Below are positions 15,843 to 29,100 of a stretch of 64,000 nucleotides of DNA, piece by piece. The position numbers and the translations under genes were made by a program. Under the pieces are notes generated by a model. That model was not told the origin of the DNA and did no database searches. It was given only the letters and a program-made list of their open reading frames with translations. Origin of the DNA: Glycera tridactyla. Taxonomy: Eukaryota. The stretch's first letter is position 1; each line of letters begins with the position of its first letter. The DNA lies in assembly GCA_965644265.1 (NCBI GenBank), contig OZ286463.1, positions 105,400,001 to 105,464,000 of the forward strand. The letters run 5' to 3'.

Positions 15843-16017
15843 TTCCACCGCGGTGGAAACGTTTCCACCGCGGTGAAAACGTTTCTACCGCGGTGCAAAC
15901 GTTTCAACCGCGGTGAGAACGTTTCTACCGCGGTGAAAACGTTTTCACCGCGGTAGAAACGTTTCCACCGTGGTGGGAACGTTTCCACCGCGGTGGGAAC
16001 GTTTCCACCGCGGTGGT
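15843..16017. repeat. 20-bp tandem array (AAACGTTTCCACCGCGGTGG), ~9 units, left subterminal
   Basis: Direct reading. The unit consists of two palindromes, AAACGTTT and CCACCGCGGTGG. Confidence 0.95.
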
Positions 16018-16022
16018 AATTA

Positions 16023-16182
16023 CAGTCTGACCTGTCCTAAGCAGCCACCCTTCGGGAAGGCAAAAAGTGGCTGCTTACGGCAGGTGGCTGCTTAGAGCAG
16101 GTCAATTATAGTGGAAAAACCTCCCGTGGGAAATTCAAATGTGGCTGCTTAGTAAAGTGGCTGCCTAGGACAGTTTAGACTG
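16023..16182. mobile_element. 160-bp MITE of Tc1/mariner (pogo/Tigger-like) type
   Basis: TA|CAGTCTGACCTGTCCTAAGCAGCCAC ... GTGGCTGCCTAGGACAGTTTAGACTG|TA: ~26-bp imperfect TIRs with TA on both sides and internal gtggctgctta repeats. Confidence 0.85.
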
Positions 16183-16316
16183 TATTTTACACCTCAGGTG
16201 ATAAACCAATGTCTTGATTGATATTCCTCCGTCATCGTCATTGACCACGCTTCAGTGATTTACGGGATGTCACTCTCCTACTCACTTTCTCTCTCCCTCC
16301 CCTTTCTCACTCTCTA

Positions 16317-16386
<70 letters not shown>

Positions 16387-16499
16387 TATTCCTCTTTCTC
16401 TTTCTCTCCCTTACTCTCCGTTTCTCTCTCTCCCCACCTATGAAATCGGCAAAATCATTGCACTATCAGAGTTGGCCTGTGAACTCTTAGATGGAGGAG

Positions 16500-16631
16500 A
16501 AAGAGAGAGGCCGCGGTAGAAGGGGGAGGTGTGAAAAACACCATCGATACATCAACAATGATTGACCACGCTTCAGTGATTCACGGGATGTCACTCTCCT
16601 ACTCACTTTCTCTCTCCCTCCTCCCCCCCCT

Positions 16632-16687
<56 letters not shown>

Positions 16688-16975
16688 TTCCTCTTTCTCT
16701 CTCTCTCCCTCTCTCCCCGCTTATGAAATCGGCAAAATCGTCGCACTGTCACAGTTGGCCTGTGAACTCATAGATAGAGGAGACAATGGGCAGTCACGTG
16801 ACTTTGCATTGTGACATATGTGCGCCCTCGCGGGGATGCCATGAATATAAAGGCGCAGCTACGTCACAATGCAAAGTCACGTGACTGCCCATTGTCTCCT
16901 CGATCTAAGAGTTCACAGGCCAACTGTGACAGTGCGACGATTTTGCCGATTTCATGAGGGAGGGAGGGAGGGAGG

Positions 16976-17040
<65 letters not shown>

Positions 17041-17186
17041 AGAGAGAAGGAGATAGTGTGAAAGAGGAGGGAGAGAGAAAGTGAGTAGGAGAGTGACATC
17101 CCGTGAATCACTGAAGCGTGGTCAATCATTGTTGATGTATAGATGGTGTTTTCACACCTCCCCCTTCCACTGCGGCCTCTCTCTTT
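16500..17186. repeat. Long inverted repeat: ~320-bp arms with a 47-bp spacer; an extra direct copy of most of the left arm lies at ~16238-16499
   Basis: 16500-16815 is the reverse complement of 16863-17186 apart from microsatellite length differences; for example ggagacaatgggcagtcacgtgactttgcattgtgac pairs with gtcacaatgcaaagtcacgtgactgcccattgtctcc. Confidence 0.93.
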
Positions 17187-17312
17187 GAATCCTTTGATTA
17201 TCCCATCACACGGAATTCAAAGTGAATGTCATCACCGAATGACAATTTATTTATTTGTCTTTTTATTTCTTTATTTATTTATCTATCTATCAATCATTTT
17301 AATTATTTATCT

Positions 17313-18090
17313 NNNNNNNNNNNNNNNNNNNNNNNNNNNNNNNNNNNNNNNNNNNNNNNNNNNNNNNNNNNNNNNNNNNNNNNNNNNNNNNNNNNNNNNN
17401 NNNNNNNNNNNNNNNNNNNNNNNNNNNNNNNNNNNNNNNNNNNNNNNNNNNNNNNNNNNNNNNNNNNNNNNNNNNNNNNNNNNNNNNNNNNNNNNNNNNN
17501 NNNNNNNNNNNNNNNNNNNNNNNNNNNNNNNNNNNNNNNNNNNNNNNNNNNNNNNNNNNNNNNNNNNNNNNNNNNNNNNNNNNNNNNNNNNNNNNNNNNN
17601 NNNNNNNNNNNNNNNNNNNNNNNNNNNNNNNNNNNNNNNNNNNNNNNNNNNNNNNNNNNNNNNNNNNNNNNNNNNNNNNNNNNNNNNNNNNNNNNNNNNN
17701 NNNNNNNNNNNNNNNNNNNNNNNNNNNNNNNNNNNNNNNNNNNNNNNNNNNNNNNNNNNNNNNNNNNNNNNNNNNNNNNNNNNNNNNNNNNNNNNNNNNN
17801 NNNNNNNNNNNNNNNNNNNNNNNNNNNNNNNNNNNNNNNNNNNNNNNNNNNNNNNNNNNNNNNNNNNNNNNNNNNNNNNNNNNNNNNNNNNNNNNNNNNN
17901 NNNNNNNNNNNNNNNNNNNNNNNNNNNNNNNNNNNNNNNNNNNNNNNNNNNNNNNNNNNNNNNNNNNNNNNNNNNNNNNNNNNNNNNNNNNNNNNNNNNN
18001 NNNNNNNNNNNNNNNNNNNNNNNNNNNNNNNNNNNNNNNNNNNNNNNNNNNNNNNNNNNNNNNNNNNNNNNNNNNNNNNNNNNNNNNNNN
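17313..18090. other. Assembly gap inside the TIR element
   Basis: N run flanked by simple repeats. Confidence 1.
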
Positions 18091-18164
18091 CTCCCCCCTC
18101 TCTGTCTCTCTCTGTGTCACTCTTGGCAACTTGTGTGCGACGTTTGAGCAGCAATAGGTGTGAA

Positions 18165-18357
18165 AACGTTTGAACGGTTTCCACCGCGGTTGAAACGTTT
18201 CCACCGCGGTTGAAACGTTTCCACCGCGGTTGAAACGTTTCCACCGCGGTAGTAACGTTTCCACCGCGGTGGTAACGTTTCCACCGCGGTTGTAACGTTT
18301 CCACCGCGGTGGTAACGTTTCCACCGCGGTGGTAATGTTTCCACCGCGGTGGTAATG
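18165..18357. repeat. 20-bp tandem array of the same family, ~9 units, right subterminal
   Basis: Direct reading; units such as aaacgtttccaccgcggttg. Confidence 0.95.
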
Positions 18358-20161
18358 TGTCATATGATTAAGGTTGAAATTATATTCTTGAATGGCACTT
18401 ATGGGCCACCGTACTTGCGTGACATGATTCATGTCCATTTTACGATTCTCTCATCATAGCCTAGATGGTGGCCAGTCGACCTGAAACAACCATCACACCA
18501 AGTACCAGTAGATAGGTATTGGTAATGGGGTACTTGCATCTATGCAAAGAAGGGGGGTCGATCATTAACGTTGAAAGAATTGAGAATCTTTCATGAATAA
18601 TCGAGGAATGAGAAAATATATTATGAAAGTTCATATGGGCACACTCATCATCGTGTTGACCCGAGACAATAGGGAATGAAATGTGGTGCAATTCGTCTTC
18701 ACAGGCAAAGTCTAACTATTGCTCATGCATCAGATTTGCTATGTCAACCAGTTAAGGCAGGTATATTCCAAGCGTGTATTCCACCCATATATTGGTACTA
18801 GCATCATTAGACGGCTTCCCCATGCGCCATGTGCATCTAATGTCTCCTAAGTGAAAACATGACCCATAATGGATTGTCGGTACGTTTGTCGTCTCTTATT
18901 CATCAAGCAGGGCTTCAAAGCTGCTTGCCTATTTTGTATCTCACCTTTGTGAACAGCACCATTAGCAAGTCGAGTTCAAAGACAGAGTTTCCCGCTCTTT
19001 TCTGTTTGGTCACATGATCACCTTGAATAGTAGCTCCCCTTATCTCAGTTTGTTCGCTATAAAACTGTCAACTGTGTTTCTAGCCACAGATGAGATACCA
19101 TAGAACGTGAGAAAGTTCACACTTCCGCACTGACCACTGAGACTGAAAGAGGAGTTGATTAACAAGTATGACATGAAAAGAGAAGCATATAAAAAACCTA
19201 AGACATCACCTAGTTGATGGTGGTTGCTAAATGATTCGTTTCATATAAATGCAAAAGGTGCTGGTTGATCTAAAACCGGGCATTTAGGATGCACCACAGA
19301 CGCATCTTTTGAGGACACTCATCCTCAATATTGGTATCAGTCCCTGGGAGAAGACTTTATGTGTTATTTAGTCGCTTAGTTTTATTATTAGCTTTGAATC
19401 ATCTCCACTTGGGATTGGATTTCAACTCTAGGCAGGAGAGTATCTGTTCCATTATTGGTATCATCCATCTCGAGTTTCATTCAATAAGTGCATCAAGACA
19501 CGACGTCAATTCTAGGGCTGTTGAAGTCCAACAACATATTACCCATTCTCGCTCAAAAGTGATATAAATCGAGGCCCATATCCCCCTCCTCGGGCTGTCA
19601 TTGTTGGATATAACAGTGGGGAGCAAGAAACACAAGCTTTGATGTCCCTAATTGGATCATTATTCAGAACACAACCATCCGTTCTTACTCCCATCTTTCA
19701 ATTTTTGTCTCCTCTTTCTCTGTATCTCCTTTGCTTCTGTCACTCCCTTTTTCTTTTCTTTTTTCTCCCTTCCACTATCTGTGACTCCTAACTGTTAGGG
19801 TATTTGGACGATGGCCTGAGAGGGTGGAGAATCAGTGACGATGAATCATTCAGATTGTTCACGTGCTTTGAATGCTGCATGCAAGTCGGATCCATGGTGT
19901 CCTCACCGATGTCGGAAACCCGTCCTTGCTCAATTATACATTGTCCACTTTGCAAGAAGCCTATCTGTTCGAATCAGTCACAAGGCATGAATGAATAAAA
20001 AAGTATGTCCATCATGCTTCGAGCAGCTGACCCCATCCCCGTCTCCATTGTTTGGTCCGGCCAGTATCCCAGCTCTTTGTAACAAGTGAACTCTTTCGCC
20101 ATCACTCCACCTCCTCTTAGGCGTTACAATATAGCACATTAGAGACGGAGGTGGAATCGCC

Positions 20162-20200
20162 AAAAACCAACCAACCAACCAACCAGCCAACCAACCAACC
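20162..20200. repeat. (AACC)n microsatellite
   Basis: Direct reading. Confidence 0.9.
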
Positions 20201-22643
20201 TACCATATAACCCCTACTGTCGATTCAGCACTAGTCTACGTAGTATCGCAAACCTGAAAAATAGCTATCCAGTCCGCTTCAATTATCAAAGGATTACCTT
20301 TGCGAACCTCCTCTCTGGCGGGACCATTACATCAGTTTATTGCGGAGCTGCTGCTATCTGCGCACTGCCATCGGTATTCCGATGAACTTGACTGGATATT
20401 GCGATACCTCCTGCTAGTCTGATGATTCAAGTTTGATCTGTCCACCATAGATGCTGAATGATCAAGTCTCGTCGAACTATTTCCTCTGTGCTGATGACTG
20501 ATGAGCCCAATAATGGTGTCATTGGTCAAACCGAATAGATCTCTCATTCTCCAATCATACAGGCCAAGTGAAAGCTGACGACAGGATCACCAAGTTATAT
20601 ATGTCGGATTGATGTATACTCGAATAGGTTTGATATCATATATACAACATGTGTGAGATCATGCAAAATGGATCAATCGGGCACGGACATGTGTAAAATC
20701 AGCACAGTGTCAAGGCCAGGTCCGATGAGATGCAATCCGTTCGCCTCCAGCCATATGTTAGATGTATCGCGGATCTGGTCGGCAGTGAAGTCACCACCAA
20801 GTGCCTTGGCCTCCGAGTTTTCAGCCGCTGCTAGGTCTACGGAGAATTTGCATGTTTTTCATTTATACCAACATTTCGCATATTGTACAGAGGGCGCTGC
20901 TTCCGGATATGTGTCAAGTACCTGTCACACAATCATGCAACTGAGACCAAAGCTCATGTGTGGGCTTTGGAATGTGGGCTTTGATAATCTGAGATCGAAG
21001 ATAGCCAGAAATCATGAATAAATATTGGAACCTCACCAGGAATGACCAGAATGATGTCATGGTTATACTTGTCGAATGTGGAGTGTCGCTACAGCAAGCG
21101 TTTCTGAGGTATCTTTTGAGCTGTTGCCAAAGTGACATCCGGGATGCTGATTGAGACAGACACCCGGATGACGTAGTTCTTAGTGATAAATCCAGCTCGT
21201 AGACCATCGTCAACAACATTAAATCCTCCATGCAAATCCTGCATTTTATCCCGAGATATACTTGGATTCACCTGATCATCTGGCGTCTTCTTTCTTCATC
21301 CCTGAATGAGTGCAATGACGCCAAGGGAATAAGCTTTCGAGGCAGCTCAAATATGCCTCTGTAAAGATGTACTGAAGAAAGTAAAGTGGGAGGATTTTCT
21401 ACGTCAGATTCTGAATAGAAGACCTGCAATTCACATATTAGGAGTATCAGATGAAATGTGGTGGCCAGACGTGCCGGGGAGGAGTAGCTATCACATTAAA
21501 GTGACTTACTGCTGCTTACACACTCCTTACAGCCAAACAAGGCAACCTTTTTGTATCAACGGTATTCTGCAACATCTGCAGCTGTCACCAATCTCGTCTT
21601 CTGCGAGACATTTATCCAAATAAATCTCGAGTTGTCTGGATTTATCTACACATCAGCACACTTTAATAAGCCACAAGCCATCCTATCCAATTATCTGGAT
21701 GAGTTGGAAACTGTCAACGGCGTCACCACAGACAATCTGAACTATTTGTGCTACTCGTGTGATATCAAGATTTATATCCATCCTTTTTTATTACACGAAG
21801 TCTCAGTCACATGATTCCAATGAAGTGACTTGGTGGGTGGACTGCGTGTTAATCATAAGCGTGTTTCGGCGAGTATATGGAGACTCTGTTTCCACTAGTA
21901 CACATATACATAGTGTCCTGTTGGAAACTCCCCAGTGATCAAAGACATTGAATATGTCGAGTCTGATAAGAAAAGAGCTGATTATCATAAATTTTGAATC
22001 TCAATGCTGCGATGCAAAGGTTTTCTTTCAAGAGTAACTTGATAGCACGATCATGTCACTCACATCCTCCTAGAAAATATCAACATGGTTTCTTGCTACC
22101 TGAAGTCAGATGGCGGATAAGGTGACGGGTTCTCGACATGTGCGCTTCTGTCAGCAGACACTAATTAAGAGAAAACCGAGCATTCTTGCACCTTCTTGAT
22201 CACGAGTAGCCAGTGTGAAAATCAAGTATATTCTGGCCGCTGTAACGCTACTACAATCCCTTTTCCAACCATGAATCATCGAGTAGAAACGATGTCTGTT
22301 GCAGGAAAAACTCAATATAACTGACGTCAGAAAGCCTGTATGACTGTACAATATATCCAGCTATGATGCAGCTTGAGGACCGGAATCTAACAGGCGTCTG
22401 TAGTGTAGTGTAAGACACAAAACATCTATCCGGCATGCCCTTAGGATCCGGGGAGGCAGATGTCTTGAGTGATTCTGTACCATTCTTATTAGATAGACAT
22501 CACAATGGAGCTAACCGGACGTTTATGTGCATGGGGACCGGAGGTCGGACCCTAACCACTTACGTCACAATGCCTATCAAGAGTAAGCACAACCTAGCTG
22601 TCATGACTTTGGAAAGCCTGCAATTCAAGTGTACTATGACAGT

Positions 22644-22740
22644 GTTGTGCCCCGTCTCGACCATCGGCCACAATAATGTGGTGGAGACAGGGCAGCCCAG
22701 GTTAACCCTGGCCAGCCTGGATCAACCTGGGCCGCTGCCA
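22644..22740. repeat. Dispersed GC-rich repeat family with GGGTTAACCC-type palindromic units (further fragment at ~22985-23030)
   Basis: Shares tgttgtgccccgtctcg.cca.cggcc and ...cctgggccg.tgcca with 63329-63482. Confidence 0.65.
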
Positions 22741-22825
22741 TTTTGGAGATACAGAAGTTCACATTCATAGTTGCCATCGTGGTCGTAGTCACCGTGCAAT
22801 CTATATTGCGGATGCACTGACTCAC

Positions 22826-22969
22826 CTGTACCCAAGTCGGAGGCTGGCCTTCATGGGCATGTGCTCACCAGCGAACAAGATGTCAAACTTGAAGCTGAGA
22901 TGGTGCATGGTCATCGAAGGTGCTCGTAGGAAGACGAGGGCGAGGGCGAGGACGACGAAGATGTTGATT
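22826..22969 (-). CDS. Candidate internal exon (144 nt, phase 2-2) encoding a TM6/ECL3-like segment of a class A (peptide-receptor/chemoreceptor-like) GPCR
   Basis: Acceptor ccctttaccAG and donor AG|GTGAGT. The open frame reads INIFVVLALALVFLRAPSMTMHHLSFKFDILFAGEHMPMKASLRLGY, with strong C-ending codon bias and a hydrophobic helix containing FxxxP-like Pro. Partner exons were not identified. Confidence 0.5.
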
Positions 22970-25900
22970 CTGGTAAAGGGCAACATTGACCAGGGTTAAC
23001 CCACGGCAGTCCAGGTTGACCCGGGCCCATAACCCAGAAGGTACACTATGTACGATGAATACAAACTACAATAGACAAGCCTCAATTTTGAACACTATTC
23101 ACACGGACTGGTAGTGGTGAAGGTCAGGATCAGTATGCTATAGACAATGGGGCATCTAAGTACACACGGCCAATCACAGGGGGCCTCAGTTGAGCTTGTC
23201 CTAAGCATGAGGTGCATGTACTGTGCACGAACTAGGAGCAGTTTCACGCAAACCCTCAAAATGTACTATTCACCACCACTGACCTGTGAAAATGAGGAAC
23301 TCCCCTAAGCACTGTTATCTATCACCTTCTTTGGTTCCTTCCTTAGAACATGTTCGTTGTGCAGGCCTCAATATCGAGTAGACAGGACAGGTCATAGATT
23401 TGAATGCACTAATCAGCGGTGACTGCCATCACTTGGAGAAATGCCTGAGAAAAAAGCCGAGATATTGTACAGAGAGAGAGAGCGGCTTTGTTGTGTCAAC
23501 TGGGATCTAATTAGAATACACACTGGTATAATCAAATAACGAGGCTTCGGGCTGTGTGCTGGTTGAACATACCACAGTGGCTCCTCACGCCTTTGATATT
23601 GCACACCGGAGATGGCAAGTAATGTTTCACGTTTGCCATGTTATCATGTTTCCATATCTGTCCAAACAGTGTTGTGGTTGGATGGTGATAGCCGGGTACT
23701 ATTTCCACTAATTAGTCTTTCACTTGGATACAACTCAACCACAAAGCCGGATTTTAGTCGGGTTGTCATACATAACGATCAGTGATAAAAGTAATTCCAC
23801 GTTGGATCAGCATTTGTCATGCGTCAGATGAAGGTCTGATGAGGGCAATTATTCAGAAAAAGTGCAGATGAATCAGAAGCATGATTCAGTCACGAGTCGA
23901 TCCGGGATGTGAATATCCTCAAGTTTAACCAAATTCTTCCGTGATAAATAACAATGTAAAATTTGCTTCTTGATGCCATACCATGGAGGCTTGGGTAATG
24001 CGCTGAAATCGGTATGCCAGATTGGTCAGACTAAGTAGGAAAGTGGAACTACGATTTTTTCTGATGGCAAATATGTTTTAACAAGAGAAAACCCACAAAT
24101 TACAGATAATTTAGGATCCATGGCATGGAGATGAGCTTTGTGTGCTTCCGATTTTACCGGTATGTCGATATTGTTTGGCACTATTCGAAGCTTTCAGCAT
24201 TGAAATTATGGAGGCCGCATCAGGCTTTGTTTCTCACCTACATATACTCTTCTTGTAGGAAGCTCTAGTCAACTCACTACACGCTGACTGCATGCCATTC
24301 CATGTCGTAGGCCCTTTGTGTGAGTCTGGATTGTCATATTCATGAGTTTCGAATACAATATAATTTCATAAGTAATGAGACCGAGTATTCGACCAGAGAA
24401 TTGATTCCAGGATACACTTCTTGAACTACTCAGAAGATTTCCCTGTGAATGCATCCGAATACCGGCGGTGAATGATTTTGATAACCAAGGTGGTATTCAA
24501 CATTCAATATCAATATCGTGGTACTGCCACAGAAGAATTGAATATGTTTCCTAACTTCCTCAAGCTTCCAAAAGTAAAAAATCTATAAAAGTCACGAAAC
24601 ACCTACAGACAACTCATTATCCTGAACATGTAGGGTCAAGCGAAGCAGGGTATTGCATTCATATGTGCACTCTCCGAAACCCCAGGTGCGCACCATTGAC
24701 AATAGTATGAACTGATCGCCTCAGCGCCTGGCTAATACATTCAGCTCAACAGTGTCCTTGACAATGGGGTAGAGGAAGTAACTCAGGCAAATTTACGATG
24801 GAAATATGCAGAGGCAGATTGCGCTGGACTGAGGTCAGGCTGATCTAAATATAGGATTATCTTCATTGGCTTGGTGGTGGTCTGTGTCATCAATATGGCG
24901 ACCTCAATCAGAGTGACATAAACAGTTAATCTCGTGTGCTCGATGACCGCAACTAGCTTATCAAATCATGTGCCGCAGGCCTCCCACTATCTCATTCTGC
25001 TTGTTAGGGAGAATGGCTACCATTGACCCATCTCCCTCCCATTTTTCATCGGATAAACACATCCATGGGGTTCCATTTTGGTGTCCATGCAAAGAACATG
25101 AATGTGATCGATGGAAACTCATCTTTCCGTTTCTCCGGCTCGATGTGAACAGATTCGGATGAGCTGGTACCTCCGGTAGAGCACTGCATGTCAACTATTC
25201 TCTCCTTTCTCTATGATGGAATGTACCAATCCTAACCCATCCATTGGCATTTGCGCCCAATGTATGCCACCATTCACCCATTTCTTTCCATTCAACAAGC
25301 TAGTAAAGCAATGGTGATATCTACCACATTCACACTCGCGTATGAGAATGTAGACCAATAAAAAGAATATATGCTTCCTCTGAATAATTATGACGATAAT
25401 TCCCCTTCTAAACACGAACGTAAGTGCGATCATCTACTAATTATTGCTCTCAAAATACCACGTGCTGTATGATCAGAGTACCAGATCTCATATATGATGA
25501 CATTGTGACAACGCTCGATGAGCTTTAGGATGCACACACAGACACATATACCATCTATTCTACGGATACTCTTTTCATAACCATCTCACCTAAGATGGAT
25601 ACAAAAGGGAACGTTCGTCTCCCTTGCCAGCTGAGCTTTCGATGGTGAATGACGAAGCAAAATATGCGTCAATAGCAAAAGGGAAGTAGACGCTATCGCT
25701 CAGCTTGATAGTGATTCAGTCAATAAAGTAGCACTCGGGTCACACTTCGCTGTCTTCAAATGCAAATGTTCAAGAACTTGCATAATATATAAACCATGGA
25801 TGTTATTTATATAGTCCATGAAAGTAGAATTGGGTGCAACAAGGGTAATTCGGCAGATCTGCCATCTACAGTTTGCAGTGACAGAGCAAGACTCCATTAT

Positions 25901-26075
25901 GCAGGGTCAGCACAAGGAGGCTGGAGGTTTTAATATGAGACACTGGTTGGCGTTGAATGGCTGACGCCTGAATCTATCAGTGAAGAATACCAGTTGGCTC
26001 CAACATTTGAAATATCTATCCCTGTTCGTGGAAAAAAAACATGGAATACACAGGAGGGGCGAATAACTGACATAT

Positions 26076-26137
26076 TGAGAGAGAGAGAGGGGGGGAGGTA
26101 GAGAAAGAGAGAGAGAGAGAAAGAGAGAGAATGAGAG
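26076..26137. repeat. (GA)n-rich microsatellite
   Basis: Direct reading. Confidence 0.9.
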
Positions 26138-29100
26138 ACTGACCGAACTAGGAACATTACCCACACTCCTTTATTTGCTGGCTTATTTTTGTAAACGCGT
26201 GCTGCTGATAAGTAGGACGATACGTAGTGAGCAAATTGATTCATATGCCTAGTTAGAACATGACGAACCATATCCATAGAATCGGAATTAGGTTTGCTCT
26301 AATTTTCCTGAAATAGGTTATGTTCTTGCTTTTGCTTGTGCTCTCATTCAACTCTGAGATTGGTCTTATTGTCATTATCCGTATCACGTTTCTAATTGAC
26401 CATTCAAATCCATCTATAGCTCAACTGAATAGCAAACAATACTGATATTACCAAATGTGAGTTCACATCTTGTCAAACGCCGTCAGATGAGATGTATCAA
26501 AACCGCAGGGCAGCATCGTCTCATCTCATTTCCATTTCATCATCACCATTTTCGTCATCATCCTAACTGAAATTTCGTATATAGTTCATTCTTTCATCTT
26601 CATATTTGATGTTGTAGATATGCTTCCTCACCCTGAGAATGAATGTACTCTGTGACATACAATTGTATCGAACAATTAGGAAAACAATTTTCTCACACCA
26701 ATCACAACGAATGAGAATACCTCTGACATGGTTGTTGGGATAACTCGGAACGGGCCTCATCCCGAATGGTCCGAGTTGACGGGTATATGCGGTTTGTGCG
26801 GATATACAAGATCCTCTAAAAATTCCGTTGTAAACCGCTCTCAGTGATGGGGGTTCAGTCAAGGTACTACATCAATCATACTCTAGTTTCTTATTGTTCA
26901 CCATGTAAGGATCAATACCTGATTATGGGGAGCATGGTCGATTGGCTCATTCTACCATAATGGATGATGAACTCATCGACGAATCGGTCTGTCTACCAGT
27001 CCCATGTCCACCTTTTCATTGCTGTTATGGATTGATTATCTTTGATGCAGATATATACAGATATTTATATGAGAGAGGTTGCCACGAACACATTCGCTTC
27101 ACCTACACGACTCGTGGTGAAGAATGTTCTCACTTTGACATCATCACTATCCTGCTCCATCACAAGTGATGCTGGCTCGTTTTGGTGACATCCATCCCTT
27201 CCCTGGTCACATCGCTGATGTTGGCATCACACTCCGATATACGACCTCAATTGTCCCAATATTCGGGGCCATTCCATTAAGACTGGCCTGGGATACTCCA
27301 GCATTTTGACTATACGAGCCTCACCAGTTACCTCAATGTGTATTGAATAGTTTTTTATTGAACAAAAGTCAATTTATGATAATTTTGAACAATTTGTCTG
27401 ACTCAGTCATGCATCCATGGTGATATTTGGTCGAAATATATATATATGAAATTGAAGTAATTCCTATCCGAATTGTTTGTGTGTTTTCTCTCTCGATTTG
27501 TTTGTTTGATATATTGTGTTCCAGCTCTTCCGCACCGCTAGAGCCTGAAAAGGTCTGATTTACAAAATGCTGCTGTTAGATGGAGGGATCTGATCTTTGT
27601 TAGGTGCAGTCCCGGACCTATGATTGAACTCTCCTTTTCTCGGCTTGTATAGATGGCTATACTGATGGGGTTTTATTGTGGAAGGGGTCAATGAACAAAT
27701 CACATCGTATTGATCCATTTATCGTATATGACTATCACCCTAAGACGATATAATGGTGGACTTTGCTACTGAGAAGAGATGTCTCTGTCGGGTTGGATTG
27801 AGCTTGAGACACTGGGTCGACCCTGGGAATTGAATTTCCTTGGACTAGATGTGGCATAGGAGTACGTCAATCAGATTAAGGCAACTGAAACCACCAACAA
27901 AACCCGGGCCAGAGACAAGCCCAAGGTGGACGAGTACGGAGGTCTCTTCATTCGTCTGATTGGATCAGCCTCGGATCGCCACAAATTAGATTATTTCTAA
28001 ATGACATGTCCTGGCCTCACTTGAACTGGCCACGAATCTGACTGATAATCTCTTCTGTGTTGAGGCCTATTTCATTCTCCGGTTCATTCGTCGAAACTTG
28101 CACCCAGTTACTCAAAGTTGTCCAATATAAATGGAAGAAACAGTCAGTTTTCGGGAAATAAACTGACCTGAAAGACGATTTTTCAAATACTGAATGAAGT
28201 TGTGAGTGTGGTTTGAAAGCAGTATCTCGACATTCGAAAAAAAAAGAAGAAGCGGATATGGGTTTGCTGAGGTAACATAAGCTGAGCGATGAAGCCTCTG
28301 TCGTTTGGTACCATTCGTGCACGGGTGCTGTGTCCATTTCAACATTCGACATTCATTGAATAATGTGTATTCCCATAGATGACCGGTTCTCCGCCCGAAG
28401 GTGAGTTCTGGGTTGAAACGCTATCTCGAACCGAAGTCGGTTCGGCGTACCTCCGTCCATGCCTTGCAACCAACAATGCTGTCTTGTTCTTTTGGCATAG
28501 TATATGGAGCGAGTGGAAATATATCTGGACATATCTGGTTTTACAGATAGCAACGGACAAACTGAGCAGGCATCGGTGCGCAACCTGTATTCATTTGTTT
28601 CCCGAAGTACAGGTGCTGAACTTTGTTGAATCCAGAAGTGGCGGGTACATCTCGAGCACTTTAGTCGTCAACTCTTATTGGATGTTAGATTTGATAGAAC
28701 AAATAGATTTTCTAGAGCGTCCGGCGATCATCGAACCAGCTTTTCGTCATTTGACCATTCTAAGACGAGTTTACCGTTACTGTCGGCGAATGTTCGTATG
28801 TGAAACAATGGAGATACAGATGCCACACATGCCACGAAACCAACATGAAAGTACATGGATTTGGTGAATCAGTCACGACGTCGTAGTCGATCACAACTAT
28901 CAAGTGCCACTTAAATAATCGAAATCAATCAACACACCCTCCCTACATGCTTGGATCCTGATGACATCAAATACGATGTCTGTTTCCTCAGATATGACCA
29001 TCACTTTTCCCTGGGATAGGGTATCAGTGTGACACAACATATGCGACAATATGAAGAAATGTATCAGTATTAGTACCAATCACTCGTTGGTGCAAAACTT

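Larger units (their letters stand above)
15786..18413. mobile_element. Non-autonomous TIR DNA transposon with subterminal 20-bp arrays (IS3EU-like or TA-flanked Tc1/mariner-like), containing nested insertions and a gap
   Basis: 41-bp terminal inverted repeats cggtggcccataagtgccat..aagaatata.tttcaacct (15786-15826 versus 18371-18411, 3 mismatches). Each TIR adjoins an array of ~9 x 20-bp units. Confidence 0.8.

Noticed and set aside
17143-18438. Long ORFs of 300+ aa in the track (also 3515-4146, 9280-9890, 11157-11663, 51300-52327)
   Set aside because: They consist of X residues from N-gaps and are artefacts.
20914-21271. Possible TM7/C-terminal exon for the 22826-22969 exon (NYVI... / WQQLKRYLRNACC)
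   Set aside because: The motifs fall in different frames and there is no good acceptor in the required phase.
24229-24330. Possible upstream partner exon ending AG|GTGAGA in matching phase
   Set aside because: There is an in-frame stop shortly upstream, the acceptor is weak and the peptide is not TM5-like.
28379-28867. 162-aa plus-strand ORF and nearby micro-exon-like signals (also 31684-31716, 46261-46518, 53130-53252, 62300-62640)
   Set aside because: They look protein-like, but no family was recognisable and I could not assemble a consistent exon chain. TBLASTN or RNA-seq would be needed.
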